64,000 bases of DNA from Octopus sinensis (taxonomy: Eukaryota): contig NC_043000.1 in assembly GCF_006345805.1 (NCBI RefSeq), forward strand, positions 134,974,001 to 135,038,000, read 5' to 3'. This document shows, piece after piece, positions 37,900 to 49,620 of the stretch. The translations under genes were made by a program, and so were the position numbers. Within the stretch, counting starts at the first letter, position 1, and each line of letters opens with the position of its first letter. The notes beneath the pieces are model-generated. The model was not told where the DNA came from. It ran no database searches and saw only the letters and a program-made list of their open reading frames with translations.

Positions 37900-38700
37900 T
37901 GCTTTGACGATCGAGATTTTCTGTAGTGTATACCTTCATCTCTTCTGACTAGAGACCATTTATAATCTCCCATCATAGCAGTATCCCATCGTCCTTGGTA
38001 TCTTCTTTCCATAGTTACGATGTCCTGATGAAATCTCTCACCATGATCCTCACTTCATGGCGTTTCCAGTACACAGATGTCTTGCAGTCTTCCCCCTGCA
38101 GATTTCATTCCTTCAACATTGATGAAAGAAGTTCAGTTCCTGACTTAGTAAGACCCAGATCCCTGATTAAATCATCTAGCTCACGCTCATTTGGAAACTG
38201 AGTCTCCGAAGTCGTTCTTGGTACGAAAGCTTCCTCCATTTCTTGGCTGCTGCTACTTGTTGACTCTTCAGATGAAATATTTTCTGGTGGTAGTGATACT
38301 CATAAACTGTCATCATGTGGGATAGGCGCTGTAGATGGTGGTATATATGGATACTGAAGAGCTTGTCTTCCTTTCACTTTTCTGTACTTTGTCACATCGA
38401 TCATACAAAAGTAACAGTCATCGTGATGTTTCTTTGGCTCTCTCCATACCCTTGGAATGGCAAAAGGCATTGACCTTCCTGTACCTCTTAACCATCCTTC
38501 TAGAGTAGATCGACAGCTTCCACATATCACATGTGGGGCCCATGGTTTGTCCTGGTCACCAAATGGGCATTTCGAAATAGTCTGTACGCTATCCAGAATT
38601 TGGCACCTTTCACGATCTTATGTAATACCTGCTTTTTTCCAATATAATAACCACACACATAGCGAAATGTATCTGGAGAATTTTTACATACTCTAGTAGC
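37900..38700 (-). pseudogene. Internally deleted DNA transposase, Chapaev3 (CMC)-like
   Basis: GDQDKPWAPHVICGSC, MPFAIPRVWREPKKHHDDCYFC, ELDDLIRDLGLTKSGTELL, SEDHGERFHQDIVTMERRYQGRW; superfamily label recalled from motif pattern. Confidence 0.75.
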
Positions 38701-39284
38701 CATCCTGAAAGTAGCAGAACTTAGAATTTGGTCTGAAAGAGAAAATTAGACATACATTTAGTAGCGGAACATTACAACAATACCGAATATATAATAACAT
38801 TGAAAGTCAACATATATTTTTAACTGTTGATGATATACAAAAAATAATTTCATTTTTGGAATCAGCAGAAAAAATGGATTGATAACAATAAAAAAATACA
38901 ATAAACACATTTTTTTTTTGAAAATTGTTACGTTGTGTAATAAAACAATAATCAAAACTTATATCGCCGGTGCAGGATTCCAATATAAAAAAAATGTTAC
39001 AGCAAGAATTCAACTCTTTATCGGTATATATGAAAATTGCAAATTATTGGATTATTTAAGTGATATCACTCATAATTCATTTGCTTTTTTAAAAAAAGTG
39101 CTTTTTTCTTCCATCAGTATAAAATGTGTTATCTTTTTTACTGCATTTCTTTTCATAAATCCAGTTTTGAAAGTAACTTTGATTTCCTTATTCAGTATGA
39201 TATTGAGTAAATGTGATATTCATAATTTTTCTCATCGAATTTCTCATTTAATAATAAGGAAAAGTGATGGATTTATTGTACAGA

Positions 39285-39501
39285 TACTCTTTTTACTCTT
39301 TTACTCGTTTCAGTCATTTGACTGCGGCCATGCTGGAGCACCGCCTTTAGTCGAGCAAATCGACCCCATGGCTTATTCTATGTAAGCCTTGTACTTATTC
39401 TATCGGTCACTTTTGCCGAGCCGCTAAGTTACGGAGACGTAAACACACAAGCATCGGCTGTCAAGCGATTTGGGGGACAAACGCAGACACACAAACATAT
39501 T

Positions 39502-39549
<48 letters not shown>

Positions 39550-39713
39550 CGACGGGCTTCTTTCACTTTCCGTCTACCAAATCCACTCATAAGGCTTTCG
39601 TCGGCCCGAGGCTATAGAAGAAGACACTTGCCCAAGGTGCCACACAGTGGGACTGAACCCGGAACCATGTGGTTGGTAAGTAAGCTACTTACCACACAGC
39701 CTCTCCTACGCCT
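39285..39713 (-). mobile_element. SINE family A, full length
   Basis: Consensus match. Confidence 0.9.
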
Positions 39714-40049
39714 ATAAATCATTTTTAACGATGTTCTTACTCTGCAGACAAAAGCTTGACGATGTATTTGTCATAACGATCAATGCTACGTGAAGTAATA
39801 ATTTTTGCGATGAGATAACTAGGTGAGGAATTATTCTTGACACCCATACATGTGTGTATTTCTGTGTGCGTGTACGCGCGTGTGCGTCTGTGTACGTACG
39901 TACATATGTATGTATGCATTTAGTTGATAGATGAGAATCAGATATTCTCCGTATAGAATACACTTAGTAATGCTCAAGAAGTTTAAACTTTAGCGGGTAG
40001 AGAAATAAATGTAAGGACAAGCAAGTTAGGCAGGTCGAAATACTAAGAA

Positions 40050-41121
40050 TATTAAATACAATAAATACAAAGAAATGTATATATGTTTACATACAAAACG
40101 GTTCGACTTACATAGAATAGAAATTATATCAAGAATTAAATGGGTGTAAGAAGAGTATTACAAATCCAACAGTTGTTTCTGGGGGGCTCAGTGGTCCAAA
40201 ACAATGATTGTAAATTGATTCCATCGTCGGACGATACGAGCCTCCGTCTTCAGGGAATAAATCTTATATTTGAGCTGTTGATAGGAGATATATATATGCA
40301 TGTCATGTCGCTCACGAGTGCTACTAGTAAGGTGCAGTCCGATGCAAACAGTTACATGATCGGGCTGTCGGCGACTAAACCAGCTTTTCCACCAGATTGA
40401 TGAGGAGGTTTGTTGGAAACCTATTGAAGTAACAGATGAAGCTAACGGCTATCTAACAATTGTGCTGAGACAAACAAACAACTGTTAATGTAAACGAGTG
40501 CGCTGCTGGGAGCAGTGTAACCATAATTCTTTTTAGAATATCTGTGTAGAAGAAGGATACTTTGGTGTTAAACCTGAGGATCATTCAGCTTCTAGTCGCC
40601 CCGGTCAATGTTGGGTCGTCGAGAGGAAAGCTGGTCTATCTGAAAAGTAAGTGCAGTTCCGCGCACTCTTCTCTCATCAGAGGTTCACGCACAGGAACTT
40701 CTTGGAAAATATATTACGAAGACAGTCTTGTGGGGTTGAAGTAATGTAACATACAGGTTTAACCATCAAAAGATATGTAATAGCAAACCTGTATGAAGAA
40801 GACAGCTTAGGATATTGGCCGCTCCTTTTCGAAAGTATGGCGATAAAAAGATTCAACATCATTACTAGTGATTGAGCAGCCCTTCCCAAGGGTAGCACTG
40901 TACACCTGTCAATTAGTAAGAACTTAGAAATGGTAGTCTAAATAAAGCATGTCTAGTTCTAGGATTGGTTAGCAACCTTGGGTTGGTGAGGTAGTCCAAC
41001 TTTTGCGGGCTCCCATGTTAACAACCAAATAACTGAAAATTTTTTAAGAAATAGTCACCTTCAGACACGTATTGACTCTAACCTATGTATACGTGTATGT
41101 ATGTGTATGTAAGTATGTATT

Positions 41122-41176
<55 letters not shown>

Positions 41177-41309
41177 GGTTGAGAAAGAGAAGGAAAAACA
41201 TGTGTGGGAAGATTTAGATAGCAAGACTAACAGTAATTTACATATGTATACATTGATGCTCACATATATGTACGCTTCTACGTATGTATAAATGTGTGTG
41301 TATGTACAT

Positions 41310-41379
<70 letters not shown>

Positions 41380-41403
41380 TATATGCATATATATATATAT
41401 ATA

Positions 41404-41455
<52 letters not shown>

Positions 41456-41473
41456 TATATATATGTGCATATA

Positions 41474-41534
<61 letters not shown>

Positions 41535-42100
41535 CGTTACTATCTGAATTATCTCATGCTCAAGAACACTTTATCAACTCTGCTGTGTCATGCACTTTAA
41601 CGACTTAGATGCGTTTAATATAGCAACGTACACTATTATGCATACGATACTTCTCTTCTTTGCTCATTAATCCTCCACTCACAGGTGTCATCCACATGCA
41701 GCTTAGATATCTCACTCCAAATCTGCACTGCCTAAATGAACGGAGATCTCGAAAACAATCTTGTTTCCTTGAATAGTAAAAATACACGATCATTGGCGGT
41801 ATCAAATAAAAAAGTTTGTGTACCACCCTCCCTGAAAGCCGCTAAAACCCCTAAGTTTCAAATCTCTGTTTTTTTGTAATGTTTTTGTATCCCAAGAAAT
41901 GTAATACAGCTAAAATCTGCTGGTACACCCAAAGGTGTACCAGCAGATTTTCTTTCCTTGGTAGTGATATCGAAAAAGATAGCATGTTGGATACGACTGA
42001 CAGTAGAGAAGGAAGTGCTACACTCCAGTATATTTTCTGAAAGCGAATTTTTTGACATGGCTCAAAAAGCAATTGTCAAACATGACCGTTACCATAACTG
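40050..42100 (-). pseudogene. Decayed PLE-like retroelement, split by a microsatellite at 41085-41532
   Basis: Minus-strand GTPLG (compare GxPMG) and HVDDT near 41950-41685; HHR remnant at 40218-40258 downstream. Confidence 0.45.
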
Positions 42101-42244
42101 AGTAAGTATATACTCTAAATAGTCAGAGTGATCTTGTACCTATAGTAGAAAGAATTATTATTATCATTACTTTTTCTTCTTCCTTCAATTTTGTTTCCAT
42201 TTCTTGCCGAGTGTCTTCCCGAACACGTAGGACAAAGAAACATG

Positions 42245-42425
42245 TTTTCTATTGCCCACAAGGGGCTAAACATAGAGGGGACAAACAAGGACATACAAAC
42301 GGATTAATTCGATTATATCGACCCCAGTGCGTGACTGGTACTTAATTTATCGACCCCGAAAGGATGAAAGCAAAGTCGACCTCGGCAGAATTTGAGCTCA
42401 GAACGCAGCGGCGGACGAAATACCT
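42245..42425 (-). mobile_element. SINE family B, 5' truncated
   Basis: cccacaaggggctaaacatagagggg...ctggtacttaatttatcgaccccgaaaggatgaaag. Confidence 0.8.
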
Positions 42426-42549
42426 AGAGTATTGTACCCAGAGTAGAAATAATAATTATTAATACTCTTATTATTTGTAGCAACAGCAGTAACGGTAGGA
42501 GGAGCGAGAATGGGCTAAAATAGGGAAATTATATCCTTCTTTCAACTTA

Positions 42550-42808
42550 AATAAAATAAATGCGCCCTTTTAAAGCCTAGCCTGGCTCATGGGCCCGGTT
42601 TCCAGGTTTCCATGGCGTATGTGTTCCCCAGCTGGATGGGACACCAGTCCATCGCAGCGTTACTCATTTTTGCCAGCTGAGTGGACAGGAGCAACGTGAA
42701 ATGAAGTGTTTTGCTCAAGAACACAACGCGTCGCCCGGTCCAGGAATCGAAATCACAACCTTACGATCATGATGCTGACACTCTAACCACTAAGCCACGC
42801 ACCTCCAC
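42550..42808 (-). mobile_element. SINE family C with 12-bp TSD
   Basis: Reverse complement of 14500-14762; TSD tctttcaactta at 42538-42549 and tctttcagctta at 42809-42820. Confidence 0.9.
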
Positions 42809-42902
42809 TCTTTCAGCTTATATCTTCTCTATTCAGTAGATTTTCAATCAAACACACAAATACACATTTTCACTGTCTCGATCTCTTTCTCTGACTCGAT
42901 CC

Positions 42903-42968
<66 letters not shown>

Positions 42969-43624
42969 ACCCTTTCTCTTTCTCCTAAACGCATATTCTC
43001 CTCTTCCAAATTATTTCGTTTCCAAATCATTAGCCTCAGTACAAACGAACACCCAAATAGACAAACACATAAACGGAGAAAGACATACATTACATCCCAC
43101 ACATACAAACACATAAAAACGACATCAGCCGAGAGATGGAAAGATATAAAACTAAGGAGAGAATGTAAACGACAGGGACCAAACGTGTATGTCCCAAGCT
43201 ATGAGATGTAAACTTAGGAGGGAACGTTTAATGATGATAAAGATACAGTGAGCAATCATTTAGTAAAGGATTGCCTTTCTTCATTCTGGGCGTGTGCGGA
43301 TTATTTTATCTACATGTAATCAGAAAGACAAACTGCCAGATAAAACTGGTAATATAGGAAGTGTGCGTGAGTATATAAACGTGTGAGTATATAAAAGTGT
43401 GCGTGAGTATATAAACACACATACACAAACATCACACACATACACACACGTATTTATTTATGCATGTATGTACAAAAATATATGTGACACAAGTCCATTA
43501 TTTCTTTAATTACTTTTATCTGTCATGGACCAGACCATACTGGAGTACCACCATCATTTTTTTAATTACATTTTTACACATTTATCTATCTACAAACTGC
43601 CGAGTACCTCTTTTTCCTTTCAGT

Positions 43625-43630
43625 GTATAT

Positions 43631-43675
<45 letters not shown>

Positions 43676-43899
43676 CATACACTCACGCACACACTCGCGC
43701 ACGCACAGTCAGATTTATATATAAATGTATATAAATATATACATGTATGTATGTAGATTTCAATATATACATATATATATACACATATATATATTCTGTG
43801 TGTACATATATATGTATGAAATATATATGGACATATATATATACATGTATGTATTGATGTGTATATATACATATATGTATGTATACATACATGTGTATA

Positions 43900-43970
<71 letters not shown>

Positions 43971-44182
43971 TGTGTGTACATATGTATACATACATGTGTA
44001 TATATATGTATATATATATACATGTGTATATATATACATGTGTATATATATGTATATATATATATGAACATATATATATACATGTATATATATATGAACA
44101 TATATATATACATGTATGTATTGATGTGTATATATACATATATGTATGTATACATACGTGTATATATATATGTGTGTGTGTA
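43625..44182. repeat. Degenerate (TA)/(TG)/(CATA) microsatellite with higher-order repeats
   Basis: catgtatgtattgatgtgtatatatacatatatgtatgtatacatac occurs at about 43844 and 44111. Confidence 0.9.
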
Positions 44183-45419
44183 TTAATAATTAATGAACCA
44201 GTGAATATTTTGCATAATGAAATTGCTTAGCTATCACAGCAGTGCAGGATGGTTCATATTGAACAGATGTAAATAAAAAATTTCATCGATAGTCGTATTT
44301 TTATGTCTGTATGGGAAAATTAATCAGAAACGACCTACTCAACACTTTCTGTGCAAAGAGAGATTGCATATATTCTCACAACCAATAAAGACTTCACTAA
44401 ACGGAAAAATCTGATTAATATAGTTAGCTTCAATTAATTAACTATTAATGCAGTAACAAGAATTTCTTGACAGTAAGGTAAACATCAAGTCCTCTAATTA
44501 TCGGCAAAAGAACAAAAATCGCTGTAGGCAATGTCTCTGCGATGAAAAACAATCAATAGCTAGTTTTATAATGTGCTAACTAGATATAATAAAAGACATA
44601 TAATAAATAAAGGATATATGATCTCGAAAATTTCTTATAGAATTCGTTTATATGAATGCAAAAACTTTAACCACAGTGCAATATTGATGATATGACTGCA
44701 TATTCCATAGAGCACTCTTGTTACAGTTAAGTTTTAGCCGTAACCATTGGTCACAGTTAACCCATACACTAATTACAGAGTATCTATAGAATAATTTCGA
44801 TTTGTCTTCCCTTTTTCTCATTTCTTCAGTGCTTTTGTTTGTTCGTTTTCTTATAATTACAGTTAATTGGCTTACTATCTTAATATGCTAGCGCTTATAG
44901 CACCGATATGACTATTTGCTTTGCAAGCAGATTTCCTTGGGCATTCTTCTCAGTCATTCTCCAGTAGTTGTAACAGGAGAGAAATATATTTTTAAAAGGT
45001 CATAATAACATGCATGTGTAATATCAATTTTTGAGTGATTTAAGACTCTACTTGGTCACTCAATCTGCTGGAAATAGCAATAATATCACCTTCAAATTGA
45101 ACACTACCTAATCAAAATAAAGAAAATGCATTGGATAATATAGATTTCGATACACCGGAAAGAGTTTTCTTTTATTTAGAGCTAAACAACAAAAGCAACG
45201 ACAAAATAATTTTAAACCAACCCATTAACCTATATATAGATATCTGAATAGTTTAAATTCTCTAGAACGTGCAATACCTGATAAAAGAGGACAAAGGGTT
45301 GACAAGAAACAAATGGCCAGTCATTGTCTTATTGTTTACAAATAATACACTAACTATCGTTAAAAAAATTTCTTTTTCCTTGTCAGTGAAACTAGATCAG
45401 TGTTGTAAAATACATTCGA

Positions 45420-45992
45420 CGGAAAGGGAAATCAATACAGGAATTAAACAGTTCCTGAATAAAATTGATAATTGCTCGGAGACTAAACACTGTTGTGGTA
45501 GATAAAGGAAAAAAGGAAACCAAGATTATAGATATTGCTATACCTGGGGATGCACGCAAAGGTGACAAATAACTAGAAAAGGTTGAAAAGTACAGACCAC
45601 TAAAAGACGAATTGAGGAGAGTATCTGTCTTTCTAGTTATTGTAGGGGCACTCGGATCACTAACAACCAAGTTCGAGGAATATGTCAGAGAAATTGGAAT
45701 TCACATGAGAGCAAAACGAGCCCAAAAAACTGGTTTGCTGGGGACAGCTAGGGTTTTGAGATTGGTACTTGTGTGTGTGTTGAATGTCTTTCACGATAAT
45801 TAACAACCAGTTATCAAAGCGTATAATGTGCGGAAAGAGACCCTGTGAGACACATGACAACAGGCTGCTGTCTGCTCTCACAAAATCAACCATAGCAAAC
45901 AAGATCGATCACTCTGAGAAGTAAAACAACAACAATAATAATAATAATAATAATAATAGTAATAATAATAATAATAATAATAATGATCATAA
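45420..45992 (+). mobile_element. R4/Dong-clade LINE 3' end (restriction-like endonuclease domain, 3'UTR, (AAT)n)
   Basis: VVVDKGKKETKIIDIAIPGD..EKVEKY, VIVGALG, LLGTARVLRLVL; (AAT)n at 45933-45985. Confidence 0.8.
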
Positions 45993-46005
45993 TCATAATG
46001 AGAAC

Positions 46006-46092
46006 AAGAAGAAGAAGGAGAAGAAGAAGAAGAAGAAGAAGAGAAGAAGAAGAAGAAGAAGAAGAAGAAGAAGAAGAAGAAGAAGAAGAAGA
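46006..46092. repeat. (GAA)n microsatellite
   Basis: Direct reading. Confidence 0.95.
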
Positions 46093-46094
46093 AG

Positions 46095-47120
46095 AAGAAG
46101 AAGAAGAAGAAGAGTCTCAATTAAAAACTGCCATCTGACCAGAACACCCAAACATCTGAGGAAATAAATTGTAATGAACCTGATAAAGATAGCGCAATAT
46201 TTGAAGACTATACATTTACTGAATAACATAGAGAGTTTATGATAGAAATGAAGTAGAAAATCCTGAATAAACTTGCATTTGTAAGATACGCCAAGAAGCA
46301 TGATAGAGAATCATTTCATAAACTCTTCAATGCAATCCAAAATAGAAAACAAATTAAAATTGAAAACTATGTAACAAAAGAAATTATACAAGGACTAAAA
46401 CCAGATCTCATTGGATTAAACAAAATTATTTACGCAGCTGCTAAGAAAATTGAAACCAGTTGTATGCCTCTGAAAAAAAAAAACAAAGAAATACAAACCT
46501 AAGAAGAATTCCAAACTGGGAAAGTTAAATTCAAAAAGAGATTGAAATAATGAGAGGTAAATTATCAATATTGAATGAACTAATCCGTGGAAGCAATATA
46601 AAAACCAGAAAAGGAAGAAAGTTGAAGAGAAAATATAGAGAAAAAAGATGACGAGAAGAACTGCTTTCAGCAAAAGAAACACTGCAACAAAAAGGCCAAG
46701 CAAAAGCTCAAAGAATTCGAAGATTTGAGAAGAAAAACAAATTTTACAAGCAAAATAAGCTGTTCACATCCAATGCGAAAACATTCTACAGAGAAATAGG
46801 GAAGGAGAAAATAACAGTTGAAGACCCCACCCCCACTCCCATGGAAGAAGTTGAAAACTTTTGGAAAAATATCTGGAATGAGGAAAAGACTTCCAATGAA
46901 AATGCAGACTGGATTAGACGTACAGTAGGATCCTACCGAAACTTACCAGAAAAAGTATGGGAAGACATCACAATAGCAGATCTAAGGATGACACTCTCGA
47001 AGGCTCATAAGTGAAAATCTTCTGGTAATGGTAGGGTGCCAAATTTCTGGCTCTCATCGCTCCCGTGCGCACACGAAAAGTTAGATCAGTTATTCAATGA
47101 AATTATGAGAGATCCTACAA
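46095..47120 (+). pseudogene. R4/Dong-clade LINE internal fragment (region upstream of RT and RT start)
   Basis: KAQRIRRFEKKNKFYKQNKLF...FYREIG, VENFWKNIW, NADWI, K*KSSGNGRVPNFWL. Confidence 0.8.
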
Positions 47121-47269
47121 AAAAATATTCAGTAAAGTATTAGATAGTTGAAGAGAATAAATAGCACGGTGCCGTGGGCAGCAGATAGCATGCCTGCTAC
47201 TCATGCAAGATTTCAAGAGTTCCAACAAAACCTCAGTTAAAATAAAAAGAATAATTTTATTATTGGCAC

Positions 47270-47460
47270 TAGTCCTGACATTTTGAGGAAGGAGGCGTGT
47301 TGATTACATCGACCCCAGTGCTCAACTGGTACTTAGTTTATCGACTCCGAAGGATAAAAATCAAAGTCGGCTGAATTTGTACTTAGAACGTAAAGACTGA
47401 GAAAATGCCGCAGAGTATTTTGTCCAGTGTGCTATCGATACTGCCGGCTCACCATCTTAA
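47270..47460 (-). mobile_element. Old SINE family B copy
   Basis: gattacatcgaccccagtgctcaactggtactta..ttatcgactccgaaggat. Confidence 0.65.
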
Positions 47461-47504
47461 TACTACTACTACTACTACTACTACTAATAATAATAATAAT
47501 AATA

Positions 47505-47560
<56 letters not shown>

Positions 47561-47562
47561 AT

Positions 47563-47977
47563 AGGTGCAGGAGTGGCTGTGTGGTAAGTAGCTTGCTTAC
47601 CAACCACATGGTTCCAGGTTCATTCCCACTGCGGGGTACCTTGGGTAACTGTCTTTTACTATAACCTGGGGCCGATCAAAGCCTTGTGAGTGGATTTGAT
47701 AGACAGAAACTGAAAGAAGCCCGTCGTATATATGTATATATGTTTGTGTGTGTATATGTTTGTGTGTCTGTATTTGTCCCACCCCACCCCACCCAACATC
47801 GCTTGATAACTGTTGCTGGTGTGTTTACATCCCCGTAACTTACCGGTTCGGCAAAAGAGACGGATAGAATAAGTACTAGTCTTCCAAAGAATAAGTCCAG
47901 GGGTCGATTTGCTCAACTAAAAGCGGTGCTCCAGCGTGGCCGCAGTCAAATGACTGAAACAAGTGAAAGAGTAAAAG
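47563..47977 (+). mobile_element. SINE family A
   Basis: Consensus match. Confidence 0.9.
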
Positions 47978-47998
47978 ATTATTATTATCATTATTATT

Positions 47999-49304
47999 CC
48001 GTAGTTTTATTTTTATAGCGTGCTTTCACTTCACTACCGAGCGCAGCTCTGTGTGCCTTGGGTATGTGCTGTGATTTGTTGTGATGCTCTGATGGTTATT
48101 GTATGGAAAGTGTTCTGCGTAGGATGTGTGCAGTGCCTAGTAGTGCAATTTTCTGTATGTTATATGTGTTTGTAAGTCCTGGTGTTTTTGTTATGTATTT
48201 GTCTGAATATTTTTTTATCATGCCTAATGCACCTACTATGATAGGAATTGTTTCTGTTTTTAGATTCCACATTCTAGTTACCTCTATTTCCAGGTCTTTG
48301 TATTTTGAAAGTTTCTCCATTTCTTTTAGAGACACGTTGTCATCTACTGGTATTGATACATCAATTAGAAAGCATTTTTTTCTTCATGATCTCTGACAAC
48401 TATATCTGGTCTGTTGGACTTAATTTCTCTATCTGTGTGTATCGGCATATCCCAGAGTATGGTTGCTTTCTCGTTTACTGTGACCTTTTCTGGTGTGTGC
48501 CTATACCATCTTTTTTCTGTTGTTATTCCATAATGTTGGCATAGCTTCCAGTGTATGTAGGACCCAACGCTGTCATGTCTGTGAATATATTCCTTCTTAG
48601 CCAGGACTGGGCAACCAAAGATAATATGATTTATTGTTTCTTGTCCATCTCCACATATTCTGCAGTTACTTGTTATATTTCTTTTCATTACATGTTTTTG
48701 GTAATTTCTGGTGGGGAGGCTTTGGTCTTGTGCTGCAATTAAAAATCCCTCTGTCTCTGCTTTGAGTCCTGAGCTTCTCAACCATTGCTGGGATTTTTCT
48801 TTGTCTATTTCTTTTGCATTTAGTTTAGTCCAGTATTTACCATGAAGGGGCTTTTCTTGCCATCGTTTTATCATGGTTCTTTGCTGTTCTAGTTTTAGTT
48901 TGGATTTCATTTGTTTTATAGCTTTTGTTGTTTCTTCATCTTCTTCATATTTGTTAGGTGGTATGATTTCTTGTTTGTATTTGTCAGCTTCCTTAAATAC
49001 TGAGAACAGTTTTTTGTTTTGCTCGTGTTTTGCCGCTATTTGTATCAGTTTTCCTTCCTTCTGAAGTAGATATTTTTGCAGTCCTATGGTGGTTATTTTA
49101 TAGTAGTTTTCCAGCTGTATAAGGCCTCTACCACCTTCTATACGTTGTATATATAGTCTTTCTATGTCAGATTTTGGGTGATGCATCCTAGATCCTGTCA
49201 TTATTTTTCTTGTTTTCCTATCTATTTTGGTCAGTTCATTTAGTGTCCAGTTAAGGATATTGTAGCTGTAACTTATAACTGGGACAGCTAAAGTGTTAAT
49301 ACCT
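47999..49304 (-). mobile_element. Young 5'-truncated R4/Dong-clade LINE (RT C-terminus, CCHC finger, RLE), one frameshift near 48370
   Basis: RLY..R.EGGRGL, ETEGFLIAAQDQ, CRICGDGQETINHIIFGC, RHD, RPDIVV, EKLSKY, PIIVGALG; (ATT)n on both sides. Confidence 0.92.
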
Positions 49305-49349
49305 ATTATTATTATTATTATTATTGATATTATTATTATTATTATTATT

Positions 49350-49620
49350 AAACAACCCTTATTCAAGGAACTTTGGGTAGGATGGGTTACTCGACCAGAA
49401 GAAAATTCTAACTGGGCCCCCACCTGCAAGGTCATGTGCTGTTTATCTTGATATAAGATTACCATGTCGCGCACATATGGTTGTGAAGCATGTGCCCGGT
49501 GTACCCTTTTCAGATGGGTAGTCGTGTTGGGTTTTTTGAGCTTCGTATATTAGTACCTCAGTGTCACTTTGCTTGCATGCACTGCTCTCTCACTCATTAA
49601 TGATGACGATGACGAAGAAG
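49350..49620 (+). repeat. Probable LINE-type 3'UTR fragment with decayed trinucleotide tail
   Basis: GC-richer block between (ATT)n and a taatgatgacgat tail; family not established within the window. Confidence 0.35.

Noticed and set aside
43360-43415. Short repeats gtgagtatataaa x3, superficially array-like
   Set aside because: Simple minisatellite with no unique spacers; not CRISPR
4634-44230. Dozens of ORFs rich in YI, CV, HT or LS dipeptides
   Set aside because: Translations of (TA)n, (TG)n, (CATA)n and (CT)n microsatellites, not genes
49305-49474. N-terminus of the 369-aa ORF as a real start
   Set aside because: It runs through (ATT)n into an unrelated flank; LINE homology begins at GINTLAVP
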